Notes under the pieces: model-generated
What the model saw: the letters and a program-made list of their open reading frames with translations, nothing else
What the model was told of the DNA's origin: nothing
Database searches by the model: none
Position numbers and translations under genes: made by a program
In this document: piece after piece, positions 1 to 11,762 of the stretch
Layout: each line of letters begins with the position of its first letter
Numbering within the stretch: position 1 is the stretch's first letter
DNA from: a bacterium
GTDB lineage: Bacteria; Desulfobacterota_D; UBA1144
Assembly: GCA_002708105.2 (NCBI GenBank)
Contig: PAOQ02000006.1
Span: 1-57,407 of the forward strand
Reading direction: 5' to 3'
Length of the DNA: 57,407 bases

Positions 1-247
1 CCGTAGTACGCTTCTTAGCTGCTCGCTTTTTCTTGGCTGTAGTCTTACGTTTTACAGTCTTTTTAGCCGCAGTCTTTTTCTTGGCTGTAGTCTTACGTTT
101 TACAGTCTTTTTAGCCGCAGTCTTTTTCTTAGCTGCTGGCTTTTTGGCTGCAGTTTTCTTCTTAACCGCAGTCTTTTTCTTCGCTACAACTTTTTTCTTA
201 GCCGGCTTTTTCTTTGCCGCAGGCTTTTTCTTTTTTGCAACTGCCAT
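1..247 (-). CDS. Lys/Ala-rich histone H1-like basic protein (N-terminal part; gene runs off the window start)
   Basis: Reverse-strand ATG at 247..245 lies 9 nt downstream of GGAGG (cctcc on + at 257..261). My translation is MAVAKKKKPAAKKKPAKKKVVAKKKTAVKKKTAAKKPAAKKKTAAKKTVKRKTTAKKKTAAKKTVKRKTTAKKKRAAKKRTT..., with no stop before position 1. The listed + ORF 33..275 (FLAAVFF repeats) is its antisense shadow. Confidence 0.6.
   Translation of the reverse strand, partial: MAVAKKKKPAAKKKPAKKKVVAKKKTAVKKKTAAKKPAAKKKTAAKKTVKRKTTAKKKTAAKKTVKRKTTAKKKRAAKKRTT
33..128. repeat. Perfect 48-bp direct tandem duplication (33..80 identical to 81..128), equal to 16 codons of the Lys/Ala-rich gene
   Basis: Base-by-base comparison: ttggctgtagtcttacgttttacagtctttttagccgcagtctttttc occurs twice back to back. 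Confidence 0.95.
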
Positions 248-342
248 AACTTTATACCTCCACTTTAGAATATAAAATTAAACATTTAATATTTTTTTAA
301 CGAACACAAAATAAAAATATTAAAAATTCAATATTTAATTGT

Positions 343-371
343 ACTGTAGGATGTTTGAAAATAATTGTCAA
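343..371 (-). promoter_or_regulatory. Candidate sigma70-type promoter for the Lys/Ala-rich gene
   Basis: On the reverse strand: TTGACA (371..366), a 17-nt spacer, then TACAGT (348..343). This sits about 95 nt upstream of the ATG at 247. Confidence 0.4.
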
Positions 372-470
372 GCAATTTTTTTACAAAATTTAGCTAAAAA
401 TATATTTACAGTTAAACAAGTTTAAGAAAAATTTTTTATAAAAAGAATTCTTATAAATTTATAATTATTC

Positions 471-1766
471 TTAGTTCATTATTTTTGATCTACTAAACCA
501 ATCGTTAACAACATTGTGAAATACATCTAGAATTTTTTCACTGTCTATTGGTTCTACAACTTCATCAGTAAATGCTCTAATTAACATTGCAAGAGCTTTC
601 TTTTTATTTATTCCTCTTGCTTGCAAGTACATAAGCGCGTCTTTATCAATCTGGCCAATTGTAGCTCCGTGAGAACATTTTACATCGTCTGCATATATTT
701 CTAATTGTGGCTTTGTATCTACTTGTGCCGAATCAGACAAAAGTAAATTTCTGTTTGTTTGATAGGCATTTGTTTGCTGTGCTTCCTCATGCACTAGTAT
801 TCTTCCATGAAATACCCCTCTTGATGAATCATCCAAAAGCCCTTTATATAGCTGCCTACTTCCACAATTTTCCTTTAAATGCTCCACAAACATATAATTA
901 TCCATTAATTGCTCTTTGATTGATAGATATAGACCAAGAATATTAGAATAACACCCTTCGCCATTTAACATTGGGTGAACATTATTTCTGATTAAACTAC
1001 CTCCACATAAAATTGAATTAGTAGTAAAATGTGAATCTCTTTCTTGAATTATCTTTAAATTTGAAAAAATAAAAGAGCTTTTGCTTCCATTTTCAATTAA
1101 AAGATGCTCAACTTTAGAGTTGTTACCTACATATACATTAGTAGTTTTATTCCAAAAATATTCGTTATCTGAATTTGAAACTGAATATTCTATAATCTCA
1201 GCCGAGGAAGAATCTTCAAAGTAAAAGATATTCCTTGAATTAATAAACTTTAGATTAGCTTCGGAATCAAAACTATTTATAATAACAATCGGCTTGTCAA
1301 TTTTAATATCCTTATCAACTTTTAAAAAGATTCCATCTTCAATAAAAGCAGAACTTAGTTCATAAAAAAAATCTTTATTTTTATCTGAGACCTGACTATA
1401 AAGGGTTTCTTTAATTTCAGGGGTATCAAAAGAATCTTTAATCTTGGAAAAAGAAAAAGGATAATCAGAGTCTGAAACCAAAATGCCGTTATGGGTATAA
1501 ATAAAAAAACCATCTATCGAACTTATATGATCTGGCAATTTTGGTTTTTTAAAAGTAGCTTCGTTACCAGAAAAAGTAGAGAAATCTTTCGAAGCAAAGT
1601 CTTTTAAATTAGTAAATCTCCAGTCTTCATCTGAAAGTTTTGGTATTCCCAAGTTTCCTACTAAATTAATTGCATCCGATCTATATTTTGCCACCCAGTC
1701 CAAATCATGAGTGCCTAAATCTTTATCGTTAAAACTTTTAACTAATCTAGCTGCAAATTTATCCAT
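471..1766 (-). CDS. sufD: Fe-S cluster assembly protein SufD
   Basis: The translation has the SufD/SufB-type C-terminal beta-helix region (GRILVHEEAQQTNAYQTNRNLLLS...DTKPQLEIYADDVKCSHGATIGQ). It is the last gene of the sufB-sufC-sufD order. I prefer the ATG at 1766 (MDKFAARL), 2 nt after the sufC stop, over the listed TTG at 1784. Confidence 0.9.
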   Translation of the reverse strand: MDKFAARLVKSFNDKDLGTHDLDWVAKYRSDAINLVGNLGIPKLSDEDWRFTNLKDFASKDFSTFSGNEATFKKPKLPDHISSIDGFFIYTHNGILVSDSDYPFSFSKIKDSFDTPEIKETLYSQVSDKNKDFFYELSSAFIEDGIFLKVDKDIKIDKPIVIINSFDSEANLKFINSRNIFYFEDSSSAEIIEYSVSNSDNEYFWNKTTNVYVGNNSKVEHLLIENGSKSSFIFSNLKIIQERDSHFTTNSILCGGSLIRNNVHPMLNGEGCYSNILGLYLSIKEQLMDNYMFVEHLKENCGSRQLYKGLLDDSSRGVFHGRILVHEEAQQTNAYQTNRNLLLSDSAQVDTKPQLEIYADDVKCSHGATIGQIDKDALMYLQARGINKKKALAMLIRAFTDEVVEPIDSEKILDVFHNVVNDWFSRSKIMN

Positions 1767-1768
1767 AA

Positions 1769-2509
1769 TTAACCTTCCAACCAAGAATACCCTTTTGATT
1801 CAAGCTCTAAGGCTAAACCCTTATCACCAGATTTGACTATTTTCCCATTAACTAACACGTGAACAAAATCAGGAACAATATAATCCAGGAGCCTTTGATA
1901 ATGAGTTATAACTAGAAATGCTTTTTCGGGACCTCTAAGGGAATTTACACCATCGGCAACAATTTGGAGTGCGTCAATATCAAGCCCTGAATCTGTTTCA
2001 TCCAAAACAGAAAAGATAGGATCCAATATTGCCATTTGAAGTATTTCATTTCTCTTTTTTTCACCACCTGAAAATCCTTCATTTAATGACCTCTTCAAGA
2101 AACTGTCATCCATTTTTAATTTTTTTATTTTCTCTTTTATTAACTTCCCAAACTCCACTGGCTTAAGGACAGGTTTTCCCCGCGCTTCATTGATAGAATT
2201 AAGTGCTTCCTTAAGAAAATATCCATTTGAAACACCAGGTATTTCAATAGGGTATTGAAAAGCTAAAAATATACCTTGCTGTGCTCTTTCATCAGGAGCT
2301 AACTCCAGGATACTTTCGCCATTATAAATAATGTCACCATCCGTAACCTCATAGTCTTCTTTCCCAGCAAGAATTGAGGCCAGAGTGCTTTTACCTGAGC
2401 CATTCGGTCCCATTATAGAATGGATCTCACCTTTATTGATTTTTAAGTTGAGGCCCTGGAGAATCTTTTTCCCCTCAACTTCCGCATGAAGATTAATAAT
2501 ATCGAGCAT
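1769..2509 (-). CDS. sufC: Fe-S cluster assembly ATPase SufC
   Basis: Walker [13 protein letters not shown] signature FSGGEKKR, Walker [11 protein letters not shown]. Length 246 aa, located between sufB and sufD. Confidence 0.95.
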   Translation of the reverse strand: MLDIINLHAEVEGKKILQGLNLKINKGEIHSIMGPNGSGKSTLASILAGKEDYEVTDGDIIYNGESILELAPDERAQQGIFLAFQYPIEIPGVSNGYFLKEALNSINEARGKPVLKPVEFGKLIKEKIKKLKMDDSFLKRSLNEGFSGGEKKRNEILQMAILDPIFSVLDETDSGLDIDALQIVADGVNSLRGPEKAFLVITHYQRLLDYIVPDFVHVLVNGKIVKSGDKGLALELESKGYSWLEG

Positions 2510-2537
2510 AATAGCACCTCATAAATATATAATTTGA

Positions 2538-4001
2538 TTATCCAACACTGCCTTCTAAACTAACGCTTAAAAGCCTTTCTGCCTCAACTGCAAATTCGAA
2601 TGGAAGCTCCCTAAAGACTTCTTTGCAAAATCCATTAACTATCAGAGAGAGTGCATCTTCTTCTGACATGCCCCTTTGCTGGCAATAAAATATCTGATCC
2701 TCACCAACTTTAGAAGTTGTAGCTTCATGTTCAAGTTGAGCGCTAGGATTTTTAACCTCGATATATGGAAAAGTATGAGCACCACAGTTCTCACCAATCA
2801 ATATAGAATCACATACTGTATAATTTCTTGCGTTTTCGGCTTTCTCGGAAACCTCAACTAATCCCCTATATATATTTTGTCCAAAACCCGCAGAAATTCC
2901 CTTTGAAACAATTGTACTCTTAGTATTCTTACCAAGATGAATCATTTTAGTTCCAGTATCAGCTTGCTGTTTATTATTTGTCAAAGCAACGGAGTAAAAT
3001 TCTCCTACAGAGTTATCACCTGACAGAATACAGCTTGGATACTTCCATGTAATGGCTGAACCAGTTTCAACTTGAGTCCAAGATATTCTTGAATTTTTTC
3101 CAACACAATTTCCTCTTTTTGTAACAAAATTGTAAATTCCACCCTTTCCATTTTTATCTCCAGGATACCAATTTTGTATAGTAGAATATTTAATAGTAGC
3201 ATCATCAAAAGCAATTAATTCAACACATGCAGCATGCAATTGACTCGTGCTTCTTTTTGGTGCTGTACAACCTTCTAAATAACTAACGCTACTTCCCTCT
3301 TCTGCAATTATTAAAGTTCGTTCGAATTGCCCGGTGTCCTCTGCATTAATTCTAAAATAGGTTGATAATTCCATTGGGCACTTAACTCCCTTAGGAATAT
3401 AAACAAAAGAACCATCAGTGAAAGCAGCAGCGTTTAAAGCAGCAAAATAATTATCACCGCTAGGTATTACACGTCCTAAATATTTCTTTACTAACTCCTC
3501 ATGTTCAATGATTGCATCTGAAAATGAGCAAAAAATTATACCAAGTTTTGCAAGTTTGTCCTTAAAAGTTGTCACCAAGGATACGCTATCAAATACTACG
3601 TCAACAGCTACTCCTTCTAACTTTTTCTGTTCTTCTAAGGGTATTCCAAGCTTATTATATGTATCTATAATCTCAGGATCAATCTCATCTAGAGATTTTG
3701 GCATTTCCTTAGGTGCTGCAAAATAACTTATTCCGTTATAATCAATTGGTTCTATTTTAAGCTTAGCCCATGATGGCTCTTTCATTTTCTTCCATTTTTC
3801 ATATGCTTTAAGTCTAAAATCTAGAAGCCATTTAGGTTCATTCTTCTTTTTTGATATATAACGAAGCACATCTTCATTTATACCTTTTGGAATAATTTCT
3901 TGTTCGATTGGGGTTACGAAACCATATTTATACTCGCTGTTCTCGAGCATGTCTTTGGTTTCTTGATCATTATCAATTTTTAGTTCTTCTACCATTTTCA
4001 C
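2538..4001 (-). CDS. sufB: Fe-S cluster assembly protein SufB
   Basis: 487 aa with a typical SufB core ([23 protein letters not shown]..., [43 protein letters not shown]). GGAGAG RBS upstream. Confidence 0.95.
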   Translation of the reverse strand: MKMVEELKIDNDQETKDMLENSEYKYGFVTPIEQEIIPKGINEDVLRYISKKKNEPKWLLDFRLKAYEKWKKMKEPSWAKLKIEPIDYNGISYFAAPKEMPKSLDEIDPEIIDTYNKLGIPLEEQKKLEGVAVDVVFDSVSLVTTFKDKLAKLGIIFCSFSDAIIEHEELVKKYLGRVIPSGDNYFAALNAAAFTDGSFVYIPKGVKCPMELSTYFRINAEDTGQFERTLIIAEEGSSVSYLEGCTAPKRSTSQLHAACVELIAFDDATIKYSTIQNWYPGDKNGKGGIYNFVTKRGNCVGKNSRISWTQVETGSAITWKYPSCILSGDNSVGEFYSVALTNNKQQADTGTKMIHLGKNTKSTIVSKGISAGFGQNIYRGLVEVSEKAENARNYTVCDSILIGENCGAHTFPYIEVKNPSAQLEHEATTSKVGEDQIFYCQQRGMSEEDALSLIVNGFCKEVFRELPFEFAVEAERLLSVSLEGSVG

Positions 4002-4012
4002 TCTCCTAAAAC

Positions 4013-4429
4013 TTAGGCTTTATTTCTAAAGTTATTAGTAGCTATATCTTCTACTGTAATATCATTTAGAAAATTTAATGTATGAAGTTGCAAGTGGTCC
4101 CAAACTGACCTTTGGCTACAAGAATTAAATAGTTCGCAAACTACATTCTTTTCCATGCAATCAATTAATTGCATATCACCTTCGATTGCTTCATAAACAT
4201 CTTTTAGAGAGATATCATCGGTTGACTTCCTTAGAGAGTAACCGCCTTCTGGACCCGGGGATGAACTTAAAAGTCCTTTTTGGACCAGCTTCCTCATAAT
4301 CTTAGCAAGATAGTTTTGAGGGATGTGTTGCTTTTCTGATATATCTCGGATTGTAAAAACATTAGCTTTTTCTTTAGCTATATATGTTAAAGACCGAACC
4401 GCATAATCCAACGACTTACTTACTTGCAT
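4013..4429 (-). CDS. Rrf2-family transcriptional regulator (IscR/SufR-like), first gene of the suf operon
   Basis: N-terminal winged helix ([15 protein letters not shown]...[19 protein letters not shown]). Three cysteines spaced C-x6-C-x5-C ([16 protein letters not shown]), as in Fe-S-ligating Rrf2 regulators. Confidence 0.85.
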   Translation of the reverse strand: MQVSKSLDYAVRSLTYIAKEKANVFTIRDISEKQHIPQNYLAKIMRKLVQKGLLSSSPGPEGGYSLRKSTDDISLKDVYEAIEGDMQLIDCMEKNVVCELFNSCSQRSVWDHLQLHTLNFLNDITVEDIATNNFRNKA

Positions 4430-4498
4430 AATAACCTCTTCATATTCATAATACTAATATAACCTAAAAATCTAACTATTTCATTCAAAAACTGCTAG

Positions 4499-4526
4499 TT
4501 GACTTACAATGGCATTACAGTAATAT
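4499..4526 (+). promoter_or_regulatory. Candidate sigma70-type promoter for rplM-rpsI
   Basis: TTGACT (4499..4504), 16-nt spacer, TAATAT (4521..4526), about 30 nt upstream of the rplM ATG. Confidence 0.45.
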
Positions 4527-4558
4527 ATTAGCTTAATTTCAATTAATTAAGGAAAGAT

Positions 4559-4960
4559 ATGAACGACAAAGAATGGCTTTTATTAGATGCTAAAGATGCA
4601 GTTGTAGGTAGGTTGGCAACCAAAGTTGCTAATATTTTAATTGGAAAAAATAAACCTAATTTTACTCCTGGTTGTGATAATGGTGACTTTGTAATTGTGG
4701 TTAATTCAAACGAAGTTAAATTCACAGGCAATAAATTAGAGCATAAATTTTATTATAGGAATACCGGATACCCAGGTGGACTTAGAAGCACTAAGGCCGG
4801 GGACTTAATGGACAAAGATTCAACAGAAGTTTTAAGAAAGGCTGTAAAGGGAATGTTGCCAAAAAATAAATGGCAAAGCATATTTATGAAAAGATTAAAA
4901 ATTTATAAAGATATGTCTCATCCACATAAAGGTCAGAATCCAAAAGTTATAGAGGTTTAA
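4559..4960 (+). CDS. rplM: 50S ribosomal protein L13
   Basis: N-terminus KEWLLLDAKDAVVGRLATKVANILIGKNKPNFTP and ...YYRNTGYPGG are L13 hallmarks. AAGGAAAG RBS. Confidence 0.97.
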   Translation: MNDKEWLLLDAKDAVVGRLATKVANILIGKNKPNFTPGCDNGDFVIVVNSNEVKFTGNKLEHKFYYRNTGYPGGLRSTKAGDLMDKDSTEVLRKAVKGMLPKNKWQSIFMKRLKIYKDMSHPHKGQNPKVIEV

Positions 4961-4961
4961 A

Positions 4962-5348
4962 TTGGACAAATATTACGCCACAGGAAGAAGAAAAAATTCA
5001 ATTGCAAAAGTTTGGCTTACAAAAGGTGAAGGCCAAATTCAAGTTAATAAACGAGACATCAAAGAATACTTTCCAAGAGATTCATGGGTAAAAAATGCTA
5101 CAGAAGCTCTAGACATAACTGAAACTAATAATGACTTTAATTTTAATATATCTGTACTAGGTGGTGGGCTAACTGGTCAATCAGGTGCAATTAGATTAGG
5201 GATTTCAAGAGCATTACTTTTATATAATGAATCTTTCCGGTCAAAATTAAAGCCTAAAGGTCTCTTAACAAGAGACTCAAGAATGGTCGAAAGTAAAAAG
5301 TATGGAAAGAGAAAAGCTAGAAGAGGTCAACAATTCTCTAAAAGATAA
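4962..5348 (+). CDS. rpsI: 30S ribosomal protein S9
   Basis: YYATGRRKNSIAKVWL, GGGLTGQSGAIRLGISRAL and the C-terminal KYGKRKARRGQQFSKR are S9 hallmarks. TTG start 1 nt after the rplM stop. Confidence 0.95.
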   Translation: MDKYYATGRRKNSIAKVWLTKGEGQIQVNKRDIKEYFPRDSWVKNATEALDITETNNDFNFNISVLGGGLTGQSGAIRLGISRALLLYNESFRSKLKPKGLLTRDSRMVESKKYGKRKARRGQQFSKR

Positions 5349-5355
5349 CAATCTA

Positions 5356-6675
5356 ATGAAAAAGAAATTCAAGGTTTCAAACCCCAAAGGAAAACTAGGT
5401 GTTTTAATACCTGGAATTGGTGGTGCTGTTAGTACAACTTTTATAGCAGGGATTGAAGCTCATAAAAAAGGAAATGGGAAACTTTTTGGTTCTCTTTCAC
5501 AGATGGGCACGATTCGAATTGGAAAAAGAACTGAGAAGAAAACACCACTCATAAAAGATCTGCTAAAACTTACAGAAGTTGGAGATTTAGAATTCTATGG
5601 CTGGGATGTATATCCTGAAAATTGTTACAAAGCTACTATAAAAGCTGGTGTTTTAGATAAAACCTTAATAGATAGTGTAAAAGATGAGCTTCTCGCGATA
5701 AAGCCCGAGAAAGCAGTTTTTAATAAAAAATTTGCCGAGAATCTATCTGGAAAAAATATAAAAAAAGAAAAAAATTATTACAAGCTAGCTCTTGAACTTA
5801 TAGATGATATTAAAACTTTTAAAAAAAATAAAAATATTGATAGACTAGTAATGATTTGGTGCGGCAGTACAGAAATTTTTTTTAAGGAAGGCAAGGTTCA
5901 TCAAACCATAAAAAGCTTTGAAGAAGCTCTTAAAAAGAATCACAAAGATATATCACCAAGCATGATTTACGCCTATGCTGCTATAAAATGCGGTGCAGCC
6001 TATGCTAATGGAGCACCAAATTTATCTGTCGATATTCCTGCACTTGAAAAATTAAGCAAAAAAAATAAAGTTCCAATAGCTGGGAAAGATTTTAAAACTG
6101 GTCAAACATTAATGAAAACTATTCTCGCCCCAGGAATAAAAAGTAGGTTACTAGGACTAAATGGATGGTTCTCAACCAATATTTTGGGAAATAGAGACGG
6201 CGAAGTTCTAGATAACCCTAAAAATTTTAAGACCAAAGAAGAAAGTAAATTGAGTGTACTTGAACATATATTTCAACCAGAAATCAATAAAGAATTATAT
6301 GGCGACTTCTATCACAAAGTAAGAATCAATTACTATCCCCCTAGAGGCGACCAGAAGGAAGCTTGGGACAATATTGATATTTTTGGCTGGCTTGGTTATG
6401 AAATGCAAATTAAAGTTAATTTTTTATGTAGAGACAGTATACTAGCTGCACCTATAGTCCTTGATTTAATAATTTTTATGGACTTAGCGCAACGAGCAGG
6501 AATGGACGGTATTCAAGAGTGGATGTCTTTTTATTTTAAAAGTCCAATGACAGGAAAAAATCTTTATCCAGAACACGATGTTTTTATCCAATCAATGAAA
6601 CTTAAAAATACTTTAAGATTCTTAGCAGGAGAAAAAAATATTGATCACCTTGGGCTCGATTACTACTATGAATAA
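5356..6675 (+). CDS. ino1: myo-inositol-1-phosphate (inositol-3-phosphate) synthase
   Basis: Rossmann N-terminus LGVLIPGIGGAVSTTFIAGIEA and the catalytic-region motif WFSTNILGNRDGEVL, typical of the MIPS family. The listed start 5302 overlaps rpsI by 47 nt. The in-frame ATG at 5356 (MKKKFKVSNPKGKLGVL) fits family N-termini. Confidence 0.8.
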   Translation: MKKKFKVSNPKGKLGVLIPGIGGAVSTTFIAGIEAHKKGNGKLFGSLSQMGTIRIGKRTEKKTPLIKDLLKLTEVGDLEFYGWDVYPENCYKATIKAGVLDKTLIDSVKDELLAIKPEKAVFNKKFAENLSGKNIKKEKNYYKLALELIDDIKTFKKNKNIDRLVMIWCGSTEIFFKEGKVHQTIKSFEEALKKNHKDISPSMIYAYAAIKCGAAYANGAPNLSVDIPALEKLSKKNKVPIAGKDFKTGQTLMKTILAPGIKSRLLGLNGWFSTNILGNRDGEVLDNPKNFKTKEESKLSVLEHIFQPEINKELYGDFYHKVRINYYPPRGDQKEAWDNIDIFGWLGYEMQIKVNFLCRDSILAAPIVLDLIIFMDLAQRAGMDGIQEWMSFYFKSPMTGKNLYPEHDVFIQSMKLKNTLRFLAGEKNIDHLGLDYYYE

Positions 6676-6679
6676 TACT

Positions 6680-6943
6680 TTAAATTAACTTAGCAGATTC
6701 TAATACAACAATAACTTCATCAGATTTTACGGTTATCAATCCTGGACCAGCTGAATACTTTAACAAAGCTCCTTCTTTTCCTTTAAAAGAAATATTGCAA
6801 GGTATTATGTTGGAAGAAAAGAAAGTATGGCCTGGTAAAATTCCAAACTCCCCGATAGAATTCGTTGCATTCAATTCTGTAGCCTCATCATTGAAGATTA
6901 TTTCCTCAGGTGAATATATAGTTAAATTAAAAGTATCACTCAT
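6680..6943 (-). CDS. atpC: F1 ATP synthase epsilon subunit, short form (beta-sandwich domain only)
   Basis: Directly downstream of atpD. LTIYSPEEIIF...GEFGILPGH matches the epsilon N-terminal domain. It is only 87 aa and has no C-terminal helical hairpin. Confidence 0.85.
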   Translation of the reverse strand: MSDTFNLTIYSPEEIIFNDEATELNATNSIGEFGILPGHTFFSSNIIPCNISFKGKEGALLKYSAGPGLITVKSDEVIVVLESAKLI

Positions 6944-6944
6944 A

Positions 6945-9222
<2,278 letters not shown>

Positions 9223-9223
9223 C

Positions 9224-10729
9224 TTATGATGTATAAACTCCTTTAAATTTCTCAAGCGAATTTTTTAATTCAGCTACAATCTCATCTGAATAATCTTTTT
9301 GAAGTTTTTGTAGTAAATCCTTATGCGAAGATTCAAAATAATCATACAGTTTTTCTTCAAAATCACCTATTTTTTCAACATCAATTTCATCGGCATAACC
9401 ATTTGTGACTGCAAAGGATAAAAGTACTTGCTTCTCTACAGGCAATGGAACATATTGGCCTTGTTTTAAAGCCTCAACTAGTCGTGAACCTCTTTTTAAT
9501 TGAGACTTAGTAGCTTCATCTAAATCAGAAGCAAAAGCAGAAAAAGCTTCAACTTCTCTATATTGTGCTAAATCAAGCCTTAAGGTACCGGCAACTTTCT
9601 TCATACTTTTAACTTGAGCAGATCCACCAACCCTAGAAACAGAAAGGCCAACGTTAATAGCAGGTCTTACACCTGAGTAGAACAGATCAGTTTCCAAGTA
9701 AATTTGTCCATCGGTAATTGAAATAACATTAGTTGGTATATAAGCAGATACATCACCAGCTTGAGTTTCAATAATAGGTAAAGCAGTAAGTGAACCACCA
9801 CCATTTTCATCACTCATCTTAGCTGCTCTTTCGAGAAGTCTTGAATGAAGATAAAAAACGTCACCAGGATAAGCCTCTCTACCTGGAGGTCTTCTTAGCA
9901 ATAGAGATAATTGTCTATAAGAATAAGCATGTTTAGTAAGATCATCATATATTACCAAAGCATGTCTTCCTGTATCTCGAAAATGCTCACCAATCGCACA
10001 TCCAGTAAATGGAGCTAAGAATTGATAAGGTGCAGGGTCACTAGCATTTGCCGCTACCACTGTTGTGTACTCTAAAGCACCATTTTCCTTTAATTTTTCT
10101 ACAACTTGTGCAACGGTTGACTGTTTCTGTCCAATAGCAATATAAATACAATAAACACCTTTTCCTTTTTGATTAATAATAGTGTCGATTGCAATAGCAG
10201 TTTTCCCGGTTTGTCTATCACCCAATATTAATTCTCTTTGACCACGCCCAATTGGAATCATTGAATCAATAGCTTTTATTCCTGTTTGCAAAGGTTCATT
10301 TACTGATTTTCTATCTACAACACCTGGAGCCTTAATCTCTACAGGTTTAAATTCCTCCGAAGCAATGTCACCCTTTCCATCAATGGGTTTTCCTAAGCCA
10401 TCCACTACGCGTCCAAGCATTGAATCTGACACACCTACTTTAGCAATTTCTCCGGTTCTTTTAACCTTATCTCCTTCAATTACTAACTCGTCAGCACCAA
10501 AAATAGCTACACCGACACTATCTTCTTCCAAATTAAGAATTAAACCATATACTCCACTATCAAATGTTACCAATTCACCGGCCATAGCTTCGTCTAAACC
10601 ATAGACTTTAGCAATACCATCTCCAACCGTTGTAACAGTCCCAATTTCTGATGATTTAAAACTTGACTCAAATCCTTGAATTTTTTGCCTTAATTGCTCA
10701 CTTATATTTTGGACATTTACCTCAGACAT
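9224..10729 (-). CDS. atpA: F1 ATP synthase alpha subunit
   Basis: Walker A GDRQTGKT, ...[27 protein letters not shown]... 501 aa. Confidence 0.98.
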   Translation of the reverse strand: MSEVNVQNISEQLRQKIQGFESSFKSSEIGTVTTVGDGIAKVYGLDEAMAGELVTFDSGVYGLILNLEEDSVGVAIFGADELVIEGDKVKRTGEIAKVGVSDSMLGRVVDGLGKPIDGKGDIASEEFKPVEIKAPGVVDRKSVNEPLQTGIKAIDSMIPIGRGQRELILGDRQTGKTAIAIDTIINQKGKGVYCIYIAIGQKQSTVAQVVEKLKENGALEYTTVVAANASDPAPYQFLAPFTGCAIGEHFRDTGRHALVIYDDLTKHAYSYRQLSLLLRRPPGREAYPGDVFYLHSRLLERAAKMSDENGGGSLTALPIIETQAGDVSAYIPTNVISITDGQIYLETDLFYSGVRPAINVGLSVSRVGGSAQVKSMKKVAGTLRLDLAQYREVEAFSAFASDLDEATKSQLKRGSRLVEALKQGQYVPLPVEKQVLLSFAVTNGYADEIDVEKIGDFEEKLYDYFESSHKDLLQKLQKDYSDEIVAELKNSLEKFKGVYTS

Positions 10730-11264
10730 TAAACTCTCCTTTTAAATTTATTTTTTTTAATTCGCTAATTTTTCCAAGCAAAGATCCATCAAAATACTTG
10801 TCCTCAACCTGTAAGATTATGCCTCCAAGTATAGTTGAATCTTCCTTAAAACTAAGTTCTAAATTTTTTCCCCATATTTCTTCTAGATTAGATTTAATCA
10901 AATCTAATTTTTGATTTTCATCTGTATTTATAGTAATTACCTCTATTTTCACTTTTCCAAGAAGTTTTCTTAATTTCTTTAAAAAAAATTCTCTTGATTC
11001 AATAAAAGATTTTAAAAGATTAAACTCTATAATAACCTCAAGAAACTTTCTAGTAGATTGACAATCTGAAACTATTTGCGCAATCAGATCATTTTTAACA
11101 GATGATGGATAAATATCATTAATTAAACAAAGTCTAATGCTCTTATCATTGTTAAATACATCAACAAAATGTGACAACCCTATATAAACTTTTTCTAAAT
11201 TCTCTTTTGATGAATTTTCTGAAGTTAAAGCAATAAAAAAGTCATTAACTGTTGCTGACGGCAT
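10722..11264 (-). CDS. atpH: F1 ATP synthase delta (OSCP) subunit
   Basis: 180 aa, positioned between atpF and atpA. The C-terminal ...[18 protein letters not shown] pattern is typical of delta/OSCP. Confidence 0.8.
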   Translation of the reverse strand: MPSATVNDFFIALTSENSSKENLEKVYIGLSHFVDVFNNDKSIRLCLINDIYPSSVKNDLIAQIVSDCQSTRKFLEVIIEFNLLKSFIESREFFLKKLRKLLGKVKIEVITINTDENQKLDLIKSNLEEIWGKNLELSFKEDSTILGGIILQVEDKYFDGSLLGKISELKKINLKGEFNV

Positions 11265-11760
11265 TTTGCTTCACCTCACTTAAAAAAGATATTATTAGCT
11301 CTGAATCTTTATCATTAGTAACTTCTGTTGCAATTTCATCTTGAGCAACCTCAATAGCTTTATTTAAAATACTATTCTCAACTTCACTTTGAAGCTTTAG
11401 TGATTCTAATTGAATTATGTCATGCGTGTCATTTTTGATTTTATTTGCAACAAGATTTGCATTATCAATAATATCATTCGTCTTCCTGCTAGTAATCAAA
11501 TCTATTGAATTTCTAAGTTCAGTCAACTCAGAATCAATTAAATTTATTTTTTGCGAGCTAGAATTATAGGCTTCTTGCGAGGCCTCGATAACTTTATTTG
11601 CTTCTTGTATCTCACGACTTATCTTCTTACTTCTATTTGAAAAGAAGCTTACTACAATATCTTTTAAAAAATAATAAAGAATTCCGATGAATACTATTAA
11701 GTTAAAAAGATGCTGAGAGGCAAACTTTAATTGACTGGCAATATTTATTTCTTCTGACAT
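11245..11760 (-). CDS. atpF: Fo ATP synthase subunit b
   Basis: One N-terminal TM helix (LFNLIVFIGILYYFL) followed by a long charged coiled-coil. Position is upstream of atpH. Confidence 0.8.
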   Translation of the reverse strand: MSEEINIASQLKFASQHLFNLIVFIGILYYFLKDIVVSFFSNRSKKISREIQEANKVIEASQEAYNSSSQKINLIDSELTELRNSIDLITSRKTNDIIDNANLVANKIKNDTHDIIQLESLKLQSEVENSILNKAIEVAQDEIATEVTNDKDSELIISFLSEVKQNAVSNS

Positions 11761-11762
11761 AA

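Noticed and set aside
33-275. Listed + strand ORF (80 aa, repetitive AVVLRFTVFLAAVFFL...).
   Set aside because: It is the antisense reading of the Lys/Ala-rich gene. AAG/GCN codons read backwards give Phe/Leu/Ala. It has no RBS, whereas the reverse strand has GGAGG plus ATG and a coherent basic protein.
437-458. AAGAATTCTT-centred palindrome downstream of sufD, considered as an intrinsic terminator.
   Set aside because: The stem is all or mostly A-T, very short and imperfect beyond 10 bp, with no convincing stem-loop plus U-tract geometry.
5302-5355. Listed 5' extension of the inositol-phosphate synthase ORF (MEREKLEEVNNSLKDNNL).
   Set aside because: It overlaps the last 47 nt of rpsI and adds residues absent from MIPS N-termini. 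The in-frame ATG at 5356 gives the expected short lead into the Rossmann motif.
9223-9255. Listed 5' extension of atpG ([11 protein letters not shown]), and likewise the TTG start of sufD at 1784.
   Set aside because: Both extensions overlap the preceding gene. Both precede an ATG that yields the canonical family N-terminus (MPSLKEIRTKI... for gamma, MDKF... for SufD).
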